Shown: piece after piece, positions 17,604-27,013 of the stretch | Position numbering within the stretch: the stretch's first letter is position 1 | Layout of the letters: every line of letters starts with the position of its first letter | NCBI GenBank assembly: GCA_963814275.1 | Contig: CAWFCE010000002.1 | Coordinates: forward strand, 554,537-618,536 | DNA length: 64,000 bases | Direction of reading: 5' to 3' | From: Candidatus Parcubacteria bacterium | GTDB lineage: Bacteria; Patescibacteriota; Patescibacteriia; Patescibacteriales; UBA12075 | Notes under the pieces: model-generated | The model's database searches: none | Told to the model about the DNA's origin: nothing | What the model saw: only the letters and a program-made list of their open reading frames with translations | Program-made: the position numbers and the translations under genes

Positions 17604-18266
17604 ATGTACAATAAATATTTAGTTATAGATTTCGACAGTACTTTCGTGGCGGCGGAAGGATTGGAGGAATTGGCGGGGATAGCTTTGAAGGAAAATCCCG
17701 ATAAAGAAAACATTTTAAATAAAATCCGCGATATCACAAGTTTGGGAATGGAAGGGAAAATCTCTTTTACCGAATCTTTGTTGCGCCGCCTGCCGTTGCT
17801 GCAGGCAGAAAAGCGGCATGTCAAGGAACTGGCCGAATTGCTGCGCTTCCGGGTAACCCCGTCAATTGCCCGTAATGTTAAGTTCTTCAGGGACAATATG
17901 GCCAGAATTTTGATCGTATCCGGCGGCTTCAAAGAATTTATGCTGCCGGTAATCGCTGATTTCGGCTTTGACCAGAAAAATATTTTCGGGAATACTTTCA
18001 AATATGACGGAAAAGACAGAATTATCGGGTTTGACCAGAATAATTGTCTGGCCCGGGAACACGGCAAAGCGTTGTTGCTTAAATCGCTCAAACTGACGGG
18101 CGACATAATCGCCATTGGGGATGGCTGGACCGATTACGAAATGAAACAGCTGGGACCGGCCAAATATTTCTACGCCATTACGGAGAATGTCAGAAGGGAA
18201 AAGGTACTGGCCGTCGCCGACCGAATAATGGAAAACTTCGATGAAGTTGCGGATTTGATTTTTTGA
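17604..18266 (+). CDS. HAD-superfamily hydrolase, phosphoserine-phosphatase-like
   Basis: 220 aa with the HAD motif I DFDST (LVIDFDSTF), a later SGGF and GDGWTDYEM (motif IV-like). Confidence 0.75.
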   Translation: MYNKYLVIDFDSTFVAAEGLEELAGIALKENPDKENILNKIRDITSLGMEGKISFTESLLRRLPLLQAEKRHVKELAELLRFRVTPSIARNVKFFRDNMARILIVSGGFKEFMLPVIADFGFDQKNIFGNTFKYDGKDRIIGFDQNNCLAREHGKALLLKSLKLTGDIIAIGDGWTDYEMKQLGPAKYFYAITENVRREKVLAVADRIMENFDEVADLIF

Positions 18267-18445
18267 TAGGATTGGGCTAGAATTATACTGTAATTTAAGC
18301 AGTATTATTTTTATTTATTATTAATAAACCGCACCCAGGTAAAAGCCGGAGTATCGATATATTTTATTGATATTAGCCAAAATAATCGCTTATACGAGGG
18401 TATAAAGAGAGAATAAAAATTAAGATTCTGCTTTGAGAATATTTT

Positions 18446-19456
18446 ATGGAATATATCATAATGTTTTGCCTGGTTTTTCTTTCCGCGATCTTTTCCGGGC
18501 TTACCCTGGGGTACTTCAGCCTTAACCGGGATGATCTGGAAAGAAAATCGGAACTTGGCGACTGGGCAGCGCAAAAAATATACGCGCTCCGCCAAAAAGG
18601 CAATTTGCTTTTGACTACCCTGCTTATCGGCAATGTTGCCGTCAATTCGGCTCTTTCCATTTTTTTGGGATCGATAATGCCGGGGCTGGTTGCCGGACTG
18701 GCTGCCACCGGAATGATCGTTTTGTTCGGCGAGATCCTGCCTCAGGCGATATTCGCCCGCTATGCCTTGAAATTCGGCTCGCGTTTGGCTTGGCTGGTGC
18801 GGATAATCCGGTTCATACTTATGCCGATAAGCTGGCCGATCGCCTGGCTCTTGGACCGGTTGTTGGGTGATGAAATGCCGACCGTCTACTCCAAGCATGA
18901 GTTGATCAAGATGATCGAAGACCATGAGGACCTGCAAAACAGCGAAATCGACGAAGATGAGGAAAGGATCATCAAAGGCGCCCTGTCATATTCCGACAAG
19001 CGGGTGCGGGATATCATGACGCCGCGCACGGAAATGTTCGCCTTACCGCACGATGAACCGATGAGCAGCCGGATCGTCAAAGATATAAGCCAAACCGGGC
19101 ATTCCCGCATTCCGGTATATAAAGAAAATCGCGACGAGATAGTCGGCGTGCTCTACACCAAGGACCTGATCAAGCATAATTGGCAGGACAAAACCGTAGG
19201 CGAAGTGGCCCGGAAGGACGTGATTTTCGTCGATAGCGACAAAAAACTGGACGAACTTCTGAACAGCTTCAAGCAGACCCGCCACCATCTGTTCGTGGTC
19301 ATGAACCAGTACGGCGGCGTATCCGGGATCGTAACGGTCGAGGACGTGATCGAAGAGATCATCGGCGAAGAGATCGTGGACGAATTCGACAAACATGAGG
19401 ATCTGCGCAAAGTGGCGGCGGATAAGATGAAGAAGAGGAATATCAATAAAATATGA
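18446..19456 (+). CDS. CNNM/DUF21 transmembrane domain + CBS-pair protein (hemolysin/CorC-like)
   Basis: 336 aa. N-terminal polytopic region with LLLTTLLIGN...FGEILPQ, then tandem CBS-like segments (VRDIMTPR..., GIVTVEDVIEEIIGEI). Confidence 0.85.
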   Translation: MEYIIMFCLVFLSAIFSGLTLGYFSLNRDDLERKSELGDWAAQKIYALRQKGNLLLTTLLIGNVAVNSALSIFLGSIMPGLVAGLAATGMIVLFGEILPQAIFARYALKFGSRLAWLVRIIRFILMPISWPIAWLLDRLLGDEMPTVYSKHELIKMIEDHEDLQNSEIDEDEERIIKGALSYSDKRVRDIMTPRTEMFALPHDEPMSSRIVKDISQTGHSRIPVYKENRDEIVGVLYTKDLIKHNWQDKTVGEVARKDVIFVDSDKKLDELLNSFKQTRHHLFVVMNQYGGVSGIVTVEDVIEEIIGEEIVDEFDKHEDLRKVAADKMKKRNINKI

Positions 19457-19460
19457 TCTT

Positions 19461-19495
19461 TAATGTCTAAATTATAATTTCTAATTTCTAACGTT
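19461..19495. repeat. Heptamer-periodic tract
   Basis: TAATGTC TAAATTA TAATTTC TAATTTC TAACGTT, between the CNNM stop and the leuS start. Confidence 0.7.
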
Positions 19496-19539
19496 GTAAT
19501 ACCACAGCCTGGCAGTGGCCGACTAACTACATTTTATAT

Positions 19540-21987
19540 ATGGAAAAATACGATCATAGTAAAATTGAGCATAAGTGGCAGGAGAAATGGGATAAAGAAG
19601 GTTTATATCGGACCGGAGAGGATAAAAACAAGCCTAAATATTATATTCTGGATATGTTCCCGTATCCGTCCGGCGCCGGTTTGCATGTGGGGCATCCGAA
19701 AGGGTACATCGCCACCGATATCTTCGCGCGGACGAAAAAGATGCAGGGTTATAATGTCCTGCATCCGATGGGCTGGGACGCTTTCGGCCTGCCGGCGGAG
19801 AATTACGCGATCAAGAACAAAGTCCATCCGCGCGCGGCCACGGAAAAGAATATCGCCACCTTCAAGTCCCAATTGGCCAAATTGGGCTTTTCTTATGACT
19901 GGGAGCGGGAAATAAACACCACTGATCCGAAATTCTACAAATGGACGCAGTGGATCTTCCTGCAGATGTTCAAAAAAGGCCTGGCCTATGAATCGAACGA
20001 GCCGATCATCTGGTGTCCGAGCTGCAAGACCGGGCTGGCCAACGAGGATCTGGAAGGCGGCCGCTGCGAGCGCTGCGGCTCGGAGGTGGAAAGGCGCCCG
20101 ATGCGGCAATGGGTATTAAAGATCACTGACTACGCCGACCGCCTGCTCTATGACCTGGACAAATTGCCGGACTGGGAAGCATCGATCAAAGAGATGCAGC
20201 GGCATTGGATAGGGAGATCGGAAGGAGCCAGGGTCAAATTTCGAATGACGACCTGTCTGCCGGCGAGGCAGGATGACGAATTGCGAATTAACGAAGAAAT
20301 TGATGTATTTACAACGAGACCTGATACATTATTTGGGTGTACGTATTTCGTATTGGCACCCGAACATACTTTGGTAGAAAAATTGAAAGACGAAATAAAG
20401 AATTGGAACGAGGTTAATGAATATATCAATAATGCGGCTAAAAAATCCGATTTGGACCGGACCGAGCTTAACAAAGAGAAAACCGGTGTGAAATTGGAAG
20501 GGATCATGGCCGTGAACCCGGTCAATAACGAGCAAATTCCGGTGTTCATTGCCGATTATGTGATGATGGGCTACGGTACGGGCGCGATCATGGCCGTGCC
20601 GGCGCATGACGAAAGGGATCATGAATTTGCAGAGAAGTATGGTTTGCCGATAAAAGAAGTCGTACAGAAAGCAGGAAATAATGATCCGCTATTTACCGGC
20701 GACGGAATAGCGGTGAATTCCGGGTTTTTGGATGGGCTGGAGACTATAGAAGCGAAGAAAGTGATGATCGAGTGGCTCAAGAAAAAGGGTTTGGGCGAGA
20801 AGGCGGTCAATTATAAGCTGAAAGACTGGGTGTTTTCGCGCCAGCGCTATTGGGGCGAGCCGATCCCGATCGTGCACTGCGGGAAATGCGGCCCGGTGGC
20901 GGTGCCGGAAGAGGAGCTGCCCCTGGCCCTGCCGGAAGTGGAACGCTACGAGCCGACCGGTACCGGCGAATCGCCCCTGGCCAATATCCATGAGTGGGTC
21001 AACACCAAGTGTCCGCGATGCGGCGGACCGGGCAAACGCGAAACCAACACCATGCCGCAATGGGCGGGATCGAGCTGGTATTATCTCCGTTTTATCGACC
21101 CGGATAACGATGAAGCCCTGGTCGATAAGGGCAAGGACAAATACTGGTCGCCGGTCGATTTCTACGTCGGCGGCGCCGAACATGCTACCCGGCATCTCAT
21201 ATATTCGCGCTTCTGGCACAAGTTCCTCTATGATATCGGCTCGGTTAATTATGAAGAGCCGTATACCCGCCTGCAGCATGTCGGATTGATCCTGGCCGAA
21301 GACGGGCGCAAAATGAGCAAGCGCTGGGGCAACGTGATCAATCCGGACGACGTGGTGCGTGATTACGGCGCTGACGCGATGCGCGTATACGAAATGTTCA
21401 TGGGGCCCTTTTCCCAGGCTTGCTCCTGGAGCACCAACGGCCTTTCCGGCGCGCGCAAATTCCTCGAACGGATCTGGAAGATGCGCGAACGCATTTCCGA
21501 AAAAGCCGGCGGCGTGGAAGACAAAAATATCGAATCGCTGCTCCATAAGACGGTCAAAAAAGTAGGCGAGGATATCGAAGGATTCAAGCTGAACACGGCG
21601 GTCAGCGCGATGATGATATTGGTCAACGAAATGGAAAAACAAGCCGGGATCAGCCGGGAATCATATGAAAAATTATTGTTGATCCTGTTCCCGTTCGCGC
21701 CGCACATCACGGAAGAATTATGGCATGCCCTGGGGCATAATAGCGGTATCTTCGGGGAATCCTGGCCGGAATATGACAAAAATAAAGTAGTGGACGAAAT
21801 CGTCAAACTGGTGGTCCAGGTGAACGGCAAATTGCGCGACATGATCGAAGTTCCGGCCGATATTTCCGAAGACGAAGCCAAAGAGAAAGCGATGAAATCG
21901 GATAAAGTCAAAAAATGGGTTGACGGCAAGAAAATAATAAAAATTATTTTTGTGAAAAGCAAGTTATTGAATATAGTCGTGAAATAA
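19540..21987 (+). CDS. leuS: Leucine--tRNA ligase
   Basis: 815 aa with the class I HIGH motif (HVGHPKGY) and KMSKS (KMSKRWGN). N-terminus is EKWQEKWDKEGLY. Confidence 0.97.
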   Translation: MEKYDHSKIEHKWQEKWDKEGLYRTGEDKNKPKYYILDMFPYPSGAGLHVGHPKGYIATDIFARTKKMQGYNVLHPMGWDAFGLPAENYAIKNKVHPRAATEKNIATFKSQLAKLGFSYDWEREINTTDPKFYKWTQWIFLQMFKKGLAYESNEPIIWCPSCKTGLANEDLEGGRCERCGSEVERRPMRQWVLKITDYADRLLYDLDKLPDWEASIKEMQRHWIGRSEGARVKFRMTTCLPARQDDELRINEEIDVFTTRPDTLFGCTYFVLAPEHTLVEKLKDEIKNWNEVNEYINNAAKKSDLDRTELNKEKTGVKLEGIMAVNPVNNEQIPVFIADYVMMGYGTGAIMAVPAHDERDHEFAEKYGLPIKEVVQKAGNNDPLFTGDGIAVNSGFLDGLETIEAKKVMIEWLKKKGLGEKAVNYKLKDWVFSRQRYWGEPIPIVHCGKCGPVAVPEEELPLALPEVERYEPTGTGESPLANIHEWVNTKCPRCGGPGKRETNTMPQWAGSSWYYLRFIDPDNDEALVDKGKDKYWSPVDFYVGGAEHATRHLIYSRFWHKFLYDIGSVNYEEPYTRLQHVGLILAEDGRKMSKRWGNVINPDDVVRDYGADAMRVYEMFMGPFSQACSWSTNGLSGARKFLERIWKMRERISEKAGGVEDKNIESLLHKTVKKVGEDIEGFKLNTAVSAMMILVNEMEKQAGISRESYEKLLLILFPFAPHITEELWHALGHNSGIFGESWPEYDKNKVVDEIVKLVVQVNGKLRDMIEVPADISEDEAKEKAMKSDKVKKWVDGKKIIKIIFVKSKLLNIVVK

Positions 21988-22013
21988 GGATCATATAGAA
22001 CATATAGCTCCCC

Positions 22014-23168
22014 ATGCCCAAGTATCACTACTTCAACAATAAATTGTCCGCCGGGTTCGTGTCTCTTTTTAGCGGGCGGATGATCCAATTCGCCGCCAAT
22101 GGTTTGGTTGGCTTGTTTTTGCCGGTATATCTTTTGATCCATTTCCAGCTGAACATCGTCTACGTTATGCTCTGGTATCTGGCCGGACATATATCGTATG
22201 CCTTGTTCTTGCCGATCGGCGCGCAATGGTTGAACAAATTCGGCTTGAGAAGAGCGCTCCGCGCCAGTGTATTTTTTGACGCCTTGTTCTATGTCTGTAT
22301 TATCCTGATGCCGCGGAACGTCTTGGCCTTCGCTTTGCTCGCCCTTGTCATCATTACTCTTGACCGTACGCTCTTTTGGCTGCCTTATCATGTCGATTTC
22401 GCGAAATTCACCGAACGGCATGACCGGGGAAAAGAAGTGGGTATAATCTGGGCGACAAAATCCCTGCTGGGCATCGTGTTGCCGGTCGTGTCCGGGCTAT
22501 TGATAACATATTTGGGCTTTAATTCGGTGTTTATTATTGTGATCATTCTGTTTTTACTGCCGATCATTCCTTTTATGGCTTTGCCGCGCACCCATGAGCG
22601 TTTCGAATGGAAGTATATACAAACTTTCAGGAATTTTTTCAAAAAAGAGAATCGGCCGCTGGTGCTGTCGAATATGGCCAATGGCGCGGAAAATTCCGTC
22701 GCGCTTATAATATGGCCGATTTTCATCTGGCGTCTGCTTAACGGCAATTATGTGGAAGTTGGCATCTTGTCTTCGCTTATCGTTTTTATCGGGGTGGTAA
22801 TACAGCTTCTGGCCGGTAAATTTACCGATTTGTTCAACAAAAGGCGGCTCTTGCGCTGGGGCAGTATTTTTTACGCTTTCGGCTGGCTGATGAAGATGTT
22901 CGTTCTGTCCGGACTGCAGATATTCCTGGTCGGGACTTACCACCAGTTTGCCCAAATTTTCAAAGATACGCCGTTCGATACTTTGAATTATGAATATTTA
23001 GCCGATCGCGGGCATTATGTGGATGAATATACGGTGTTGAAAGAGCTCGCGGTCCAGTCGGGCAAGGCGTCTATCCTGGCCCTGGCGATCGTGGTGGCGA
23101 TATATTTCGGCGTCAATTGGACGTTTCTCCTGGCCGCTATGGCGACGCTTTTTGTAAACGCGCTTTGA
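22014..23168 (+). CDS. MFS-type transporter (polytopic membrane protein)
   Basis: 384 aa with ~10-12 hydrophobic helices and an MFS-like loop (KFGLRRALRAS). Confidence 0.75.
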   Translation: MPKYHYFNNKLSAGFVSLFSGRMIQFAANGLVGLFLPVYLLIHFQLNIVYVMLWYLAGHISYALFLPIGAQWLNKFGLRRALRASVFFDALFYVCIILMPRNVLAFALLALVIITLDRTLFWLPYHVDFAKFTERHDRGKEVGIIWATKSLLGIVLPVVSGLLITYLGFNSVFIIVIILFLLPIIPFMALPRTHERFEWKYIQTFRNFFKKENRPLVLSNMANGAENSVALIIWPIFIWRLLNGNYVEVGILSSLIVFIGVVIQLLAGKFTDLFNKRRLLRWGSIFYAFGWLMKMFVLSGLQIFLVGTYHQFAQIFKDTPFDTLNYEYLADRGHYVDEYTVLKELAVQSGKASILALAIVVAIYFGVNWTFLLAAMATLFVNAL

Positions 23169-23201
23169 TGACATGCAGCATGCAGCACGCAACATGTAGC
23201 A
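23167..23201. repeat. Heptamer-periodic tract
   Basis: GATGACA TGCAGCA TGCAGCA CGCAACA TGTAGCA, overlapping the MFS stop codon. Confidence 0.7.
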
Positions 23202-23242
23202 ATAAATTTAATGATTCTTTGAAAAATTTTATGTGTTAAACC

Positions 23243-23448
23243 CCATCCTTTTCCTGTCATTTCGAACGAAGCGGAGCGGAGTGAGAAATCTATAATACGG
23301 CAATAACAGCATTACCGATGTATTGGCGTATTATAGATTTCTCACCCTTTCTACAGTGCTATATTCTCCGTATAATCATGTATGAGGTCAAATCATATTC
23401 CTGTGGCAATGCATGCAAGCCGGGTTCGAAATGACAGAAGGAGAATGG
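23243..23448. repeat. Nested inverted-repeat element (MITE-like or structured RNA)
   Basis: Outer arms CTGTCATTTCGAAC (23254-23267) / GTTCGAAATGACAG (23424-23437), with imperfect extensions. Inner perfect 19-bp arms GTGAGAAATCTATAATACG (23281-23299) / CGTATTATAGATTTCTCAC (23327-23345). No ORF. Confidence 0.7.
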
Positions 23449-23502
23449 TTTATGTTAGCCCGCAAAATTTTTTTAAAGAACCAATTTAATAATGTGGATT
23501 AG

Positions 23503-23533
23503 CAAAAAACAACCCCTGTTATCAGGGGTTGTT
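23503..23533 (-). terminator. Rho-independent terminator of the 23554-24522 gene
   Basis: Stem AACAACCCCTG / CAGGGGTTGTT with loop TTAT. On the minus strand it is followed by TTTTTT. Confidence 0.8.
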
Positions 23534-23553
23534 TAAATTATGTTTGAATTGAT

Positions 23554-24522
23554 TTATAAATTCGTTATCAGCCAAGTGCCGTCGTTTTGTTTTTCAACGA
23601 TGAATTGCAGGGGGACTTCGTATCCGCCTAAAGAAAAATAAGCTTTATTCGTATAAGTGCAGGTATCGGTACAGGAACCGCTTGAATTCGATCCCGACAG
23701 GATATTCCCCAGGGTCAGCCGGCCTTCATCGCCCAGGATATCGAGCGTATTTTCGAGCGCCATTCCCATTTCCGGCTTGAAAAAACCTTTCAAAGCCTCT
23801 TTGTCGTTTTTCCGGATAGCGTCTGCGGCGCCGGACATAGCCAGGTCGGCGCTGGTCCTATCCGCCGTATTGTCGCTTTGATCCTCCGGGACCGGCAGGG
23901 GCGGCATGAACGTGTCGATTTTGGCCAGGTCGGCATTGCTTATGCCCAGTCCCAATAGGCGCATGATGCCGAAGGCATCGTCGGGCCGGGCCAGAAAATA
24001 TCTTTTTTTGCTCACCGGGTCAAGATACCATGCTTCGCCCTGGTTTTCGACTTGAAGGAATATTTTCCCCGCGTTTTTATCCGTGAAAACAGGATCAAAT
24101 ACCGATTTGTCCGGGGTAAGGGGGTCATAACCGTTTTTGATCTCGACAAGATCGCCATAGCCGTCGCCGTCACTGTCGTCAAGCCGGGGATCGGTGCCGA
24201 GAGCGCTTTCCAGGCTGTCGGCCAGGCCGTCATTGTCCGTATCCTGGTATTGGCCGGGTTTAATATCGATAATGCCGGCCGGGATTTTTTGCAGATCCGC
24301 GTTGCTGATCCCTATTCCCTGGTTCCGCATCAGGGCAAATGCGTCCGCGGGGCGGCCCATATAATATTTTTTATGGTCGCCGGGGTTCACATACCAGGCT
24401 TCGCCGTGTTGCTCGACTTGCAGGAGTACCCGGCCGGCAAGACGCTCGGCCATCGTCTCGGTCTGAGCATACACCGGGGTTAATAGAAATAGCATTATAA
24501 CGAATACTAGCTTAAATGGCAT
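23554..24522 (-). CDS. Secreted protein with two LLQVExxGEAWYV-type domains and thrombospondin-type-3-like Ca-binding repeats
   Basis: 322 aa with a signal peptide. Repeats GRVLLQVEQHGEAWYVNPGDHKKYYMGRPADAF...GIGISNADLQKIP and GKIFLQVENQGEAWYLDPVSKKRYFLARPDDAF...GLGISNADLAKI. Also DTDNDGLADSLE...DDSDGDGYGD. Confidence 0.85.
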   Translation of the reverse strand: MPFKLVFVIMLFLLTPVYAQTETMAERLAGRVLLQVEQHGEAWYVNPGDHKKYYMGRPADAFALMRNQGIGISNADLQKIPAGIIDIKPGQYQDTDNDGLADSLESALGTDPRLDDSDGDGYGDLVEIKNGYDPLTPDKSVFDPVFTDKNAGKIFLQVENQGEAWYLDPVSKKRYFLARPDDAFGIMRLLGLGISNADLAKIDTFMPPLPVPEDQSDNTADRTSADLAMSGAADAIRKNDKEALKGFFKPEMGMALENTLDILGDEGRLTLGNILSGSNSSGSCTDTCTYTNKAYFSLGGYEVPLQFIVEKQNDGTWLITNL

Positions 24523-24570
24523 TTTTTTGCTATAATATATTTAGCTTATATTCATATTATAGCAAATATT

Positions 24571-25140
24571 ATGTTTACGAAAAAGCGGGTTATCATTATC
24601 GCTACGATCGTTTGCCTGGGTGTCTTTGGCTCGTTCGGATTGGTGCGTTTGAATAGCTTTTTGGAATGGAGATTGGCAGCCGAAGCGGCCGGCAATATGT
24701 CCATGCAGATCGGATTAGTGAACACTGTAATTTCCAAATGCATGCCGTCCTGCCAAACTCCGGCCGGAGTAGCGACTTGCTGCATACCCGTGACCGGAGC
24801 CGGCGGAATGTGTCCTTTGTATGTTCCCGGGGCTAACGGAACCTATGATATCGGATGTCCTTTATTCTCGGATGTTACCGGTATTATGGCTGGCGGAATG
24901 GCAAACTTGGCGCTTGTTTCAAATATTGCTCTGAGCCAGGCTGGACTCATGCCGGGCGGGCAGTTGATCTACGGCGGGACAACGAACAATATGTCGATGA
25001 TGCCGCCGGCCGCTCCCAACGTGGTATTAGCCTCAGCCGGTGGCTGTTATGGTTGTGCTACGATGGCGAAAGACACGCCGTTTTGGAAACAGAAACTGGC
25101 CATGCTTTATAAAGTGATAATCGCAGGGTTCAAGGACTGA
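24571..25140 (+). CDS. Membrane-anchored hypothetical protein (Gly/Met/Cys-containing ectodomain)
   Basis: 189 aa with an N-terminal TM helix. No recognisable family. Confidence 0.65.
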   Translation: MFTKKRVIIIATIVCLGVFGSFGLVRLNSFLEWRLAAEAAGNMSMQIGLVNTVISKCMPSCQTPAGVATCCIPVTGAGGMCPLYVPGANGTYDIGCPLFSDVTGIMAGGMANLALVSNIALSQAGLMPGGQLIYGGTTNNMSMMPPAAPNVVLASAGGCYGCATMAKDTPFWKQKLAMLYKVIIAGFKD

Positions 25141-25271
25141 TCCATGATAATTATTTTGAGTATTTCTTATATAATTTAAATGATTCGTGCCCGCTTAAAC
25201 GGGCATAACTTTTTTCCGGCAAATATACAGATCAAGCCAGGAAACGGACTACACATAAAAAAATAAAATAT

Positions 25272-26144
25272 ATGGATTTGTTAAACGAGACCAAGGAGCT
25301 ATGCAGTCGATATTTTATTAAGCCCAGCCGAAGCAAGGGGCAGAATTTTTTGGTTAATAGCGAAATATACGACCGGATCGTTGAAATTGCCGATCTTGAT
25401 AGTACCGACACAGTCCTTGAAGTCGGACCGGGATTCGGCTTTTTGACCGAAAGATTGGCCCGGAAGGCCAAAGAAGTGATCGCAGTTGAAATGGATGATC
25501 TGCTGGCAAAAGCCTTGCGTTTAAAAATAAAAAATACAGGACTGGATAATGTATGTTTGGTTAACGGCGATATACTGAAATTGGAAATTGGCAACTGGAA
25601 ATTGGAAGAAATCAATTCAAATTTCCAGTTACCAGTTACCAGTTACAAAATAGCCGCTAATTTGCCCTACAACATCACTTCGCTGTTCCTGCGCCAGTAT
25701 TTATCGGCTGAAAATAAGCCGCAATCAATGGTTTTGATGCTGCAAAAAGAAGTGGCTGAGCGGATCACTGCCCAGCCGCCCAAAATGAGCCTCTTGGCCG
25801 TATCGGTGCAGTTTTACGCGCAAGCGAGTATTGCTGAATATGTAGACAAAAATGAATTCTGGCCGGCGCCGGCGGTAGACAGCGCGATCACAAAGCTCAT
25901 TCTCCAACCCGTTCCCAAGACGGTCCTGGGGAAGGACAGAGATTTTTTTCGTCTGGTGAAAGTCGGCTTCAGCGCCCGGCGGAAAATGCTCAAAAACAAC
26001 CTGGCCGCCGGCTATCAGATAAAGACCGAAAAAGCGGCCGATTGGCTTAAGTTAGCCGGTTTGGCGGAAAATATCCGTGCTCAGGAGCTGAGTGTCAATG
26101 ATTGGTTGAAACTATTTGCCGGTATTGAACAAATTATGTTATAA
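25272..26144 (+). CDS. rsmA: 16S rRNA (adenine1518/1519-N6)-dimethyltransferase
   Basis: 290 aa. GQNFLVN, the SAM-binding VLEVGPGFGFLT, and ANLPYNITS are motifs of KsgA/RsmA. Confidence 0.93.
   Translation: MDLLNETKELCSRYFIKPSRSKGQNFLVNSEIYDRIVEIADLDSTDTVLEVGPGFGFLTERLARKAKEVIAVEMDDLLAKALRLKIKNTGLDNVCLVNGDILKLEIGNWKLEEINSNFQLPVTSYKIAANLPYNITSLFLRQYLSAENKPQSMVLMLQKEVAERITAQPPKMSLLAVSVQFYAQASIAEYVDKNEFWPAPAVDSAITKLILQPVPKTVLGKDRDFFRLVKVGFSARRKMLKNNLAAGYQIKTEKAADWLKLAGLAENIRAQELSVNDWLKLFAGIEQIML
25575..25651. repeat. 77-nt heptamer-periodic palindromic tract inside the rsmA ORF
   Basis: 11 heptamers CTGAAAT TGGAAAT TGGCAAC TGGAAAT TGGAAGA AATCAAT TCAAATT TCCAGTT ACCAGTT ACCAGTT ACAAAAT. 11-bp inverted repeat AACTGGAAATT (25593-25603) / AATTTCCAGTT (25620-25630). 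Related to the element at 45022-45098. Confidence 0.85.
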
Positions 26145-26227
26145 TTATATTAATATTGTGCATAAATAATAGCTAAATTTTTTAGCATTTTATTGTGTTT
26201 TAAATATTTTGATCTACCAAAGATAAT

Positions 26228-26262
26228 ATTCGACATTTGACATTCGTCATTTGTGATTTGTA
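26228..26262. repeat. Heptamer-periodic tract
   Basis: ATTCGAC ATTTGAC ATTCGTC ATTTGTG ATTTGTA, 11 nt upstream of the 26273 start. Confidence 0.8.
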
Positions 26263-26272
26263 AAGCATCCCC

Positions 26273-26950
26273 ATGCCCGAAAAAATCCCGTCGGAACAGT
26301 CCGAAATGGAGAATAAATCCATTCGGTCTCATTATATAGATTTACCCAAAAGCCAAAAGATCGCCGTGGCGGTATTGGCTTTTTTTGCTGTTGTCATTAT
26401 GTTCGTCTGGGTAGCCCAAACCAGGAGCAATATCTTCTCCCCGTTGGCTTATCCCGATAAAGCGTCAGATACCGGACAGGATAACGGGGCCAGCTGTGCC
26501 GACGGCAGCTGCCAGAACGATCTTCAGGCAGAGCTGGAGACCGAGGACACGGACGGCGACGGGCTGAATGACTGGGAAGAGCTGAGCGTCTACAAGACTT
26601 CCCCCTATCTGGCCGACAGCGACAGCGACGGCTATACGGACAAGGAAGAGATCGATACCGGCAACGATCCGGTGTGCGCGGAGGGTACCACTTGCGAATC
26701 TACCACGGGCGGACAATCAGTCGGAGAGGACCAGGCCGGCGGACAATCGCTTACTCCGGTATTGCCCGGAATCAATTCGACCAGCACGAGCGACCAGGAG
26801 CTTATTCTGCAACAGATCCTGGCGGGGCAGGCCGATCCGGCAGTTTTGCGCCAGCTTTTGGTAGAGGCCGGCATGGATTCCCGGATCTTGGAGCAGATCA
26901 GCGACGAAGACCTCTTGGGCAGCTACGAGAAAGTTTTGGGCGGAGAGTAA
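26273..26950 (+). CDS. Membrane-anchored protein with thrombospondin-type-3-like repeats (first gene of the T4SS-like block)
   Basis: 225 aa with TM helix IAVAVLAFFAVVIMFVWV. Contains DTDGDGLNDWEEL...DSDSDGYTDKEEIDTGNDP. Confidence 0.8.
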   Translation: MPEKIPSEQSEMENKSIRSHYIDLPKSQKIAVAVLAFFAVVIMFVWVAQTRSNIFSPLAYPDKASDTGQDNGASCADGSCQNDLQAELETEDTDGDGLNDWEELSVYKTSPYLADSDSDGYTDKEEIDTGNDPVCAEGTTCESTTGGQSVGEDQAGGQSLTPVLPGINSTSTSDQELILQQILAGQADPAVLRQLLVEAGMDSRILEQISDEDLLGSYEKVLGGE

Positions 26951-27013
26951 TTTTATTCGATAGTACGAATTTCACCAATAATTACAAATTTATATTTTTT
27001 TAATATCAAAACA

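Noticed and set aside
20689-22421. Long antisense ORFs inside leuS and the MFS gene (20689-21642, 21363-22421). Similar ORFs lie inside rpoC (1573-2124, 4036-4701), por genes (5100-5846, 11225-11890, 12857-13411), the giant gene (28185-29030, 29214-30182, 30273-30710) and the VirB4/VirB6-like genes.
   Set aside because: These are shadow ORFs opposite strongly supported genes. Their translations are Arg/Pro/Gly/Ser-rich and low-complexity, with no motifs.
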